A stretch of DNA of 64,000 nucleotides from Lytechinus pictus (Eukaryota), in assembly GCF_037042905.1 (NCBI RefSeq), contig NC_087247.1, forward strand, positions 29,202,001 through 29,266,000, read 5' to 3'. Positions 63,096-64,000 of the stretch are shown one piece after another; the stretch's first letter is position 1, and each line of letters starts with the position of its first letter. The translations under genes were made by a program, and so were the position numbers. Under the pieces are notes generated by a model. The model saw nothing but the letters and a program-made list of their open reading frames with translations, made no database searches and had not been told where the DNA came from.

Positions 63096-64000
63096 ACGTA
63101 TTATTTTTAGCTCATTTATCAGTTTACGCTGATGTCAGTATTCAAGAGAGGTGCTCATACCTTGGGTGAGGTTAATTGAAACATATTGAATTGTAGAGAA
63201 AACCAGACAAACATAAAACTGAAAATGTCACCAAAACTGTGTGGTAAAGTAAAAAAATGTTACAGCCTTTTAAAGTTTCATTAAATACAAAAAGAGTTAC
63301 TATGTATTTAACAATGGTGATGTGCAAAATTGTTAAAATCAAGTTATAAGCTCACTCTTTTATTATGCAAACATATTTCAACAATATTTCAATAAATTTA
63401 CCCTTTAGTCAACTTCATTCAAAACAAATATCAACACTAAAGTTTCAAGTAAATAACACCGTTCAAATATTTATATATGTTTGAACATGCTCCATTTAAA
63501 TGTAAAGTATTTTCTTTTCTCCTTTATGATCTCATAAATGTAACATTCATCTGAATAGTACGTCTGTATTACCTTCTGTATTTTCGTAAATATCAGGCAA
63601 AATCTTGTTCAGTATCGAGAATGATATTGCTCTTTTACTACAGAACGAATTCAATTCAAATCACTATTTCGCTTTTCTTTGTTTTCTTATATTATGCAGA
63701 GTAAACTTAAGAGTAAACATACGATAAGTTATTCGCTTGTCTACTTTACTCCAGATATTTCTACTTAATGTACACAAAGTAAAAAGTAGTGTTCAAGTTT
63801 TTTCTTTACAGCATAATGTATACAGAAATAGATATTGTTGATCTTTAACTTTTAATAGCAAAATGTCATTCATATAGACAATCGTGTTGAAAGCTTGGAA
63901 ATATTTTAACCTAATATCAAATGTGAATCGAAAATTCATCCTATTAGAATCGAATATTTTAGTATAACATAAAATATGGTTTGATTTTTAACATAGTGAC

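Overview
AT-rich, intron-rich eukaryotic DNA from a draft assembly with 7 N-gaps. The hyalin repeats, repeat landscape and splice signals suggest an echinoderm such as a sea urchin (inference). The main feature is one + strand adhesion GPCR gene. I reconstructed 31 coding exons with GT-AG boundaries between 27970 and 60718. They join in one continuous reading frame of about 1840 aa; the first (signal-peptide) exon was not found. Domain order: Sushi/CCP, 4x HYR, 12x Ca-type EGF, EGF, Ig, SEA (GSV cleavage motif), HormR, GAIN/GPS (HL|TNFAVLM), ADGRG-like 7TM, Ser/Thr-rich tail ending DRI. All 18 exons from Sushi to Ig are symmetric phase 1-1 cassettes, and one two-exon EGF cassette is recently duplicated. 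Just upstream is a 10-kb nest of two TTAA-flanked (Kolobok-like) DNA transposons; the inner element's empty site is preserved in a neighbouring repeat unit. Also present: a ~3.3-kb intronic 32/36-bp minisatellite, many MITEs, tRNA-derived SINEs and a candidate TATA promoter with a non-coding first exon at ~3.0-4.4 kb. Most entries in the ORF track are spurious.
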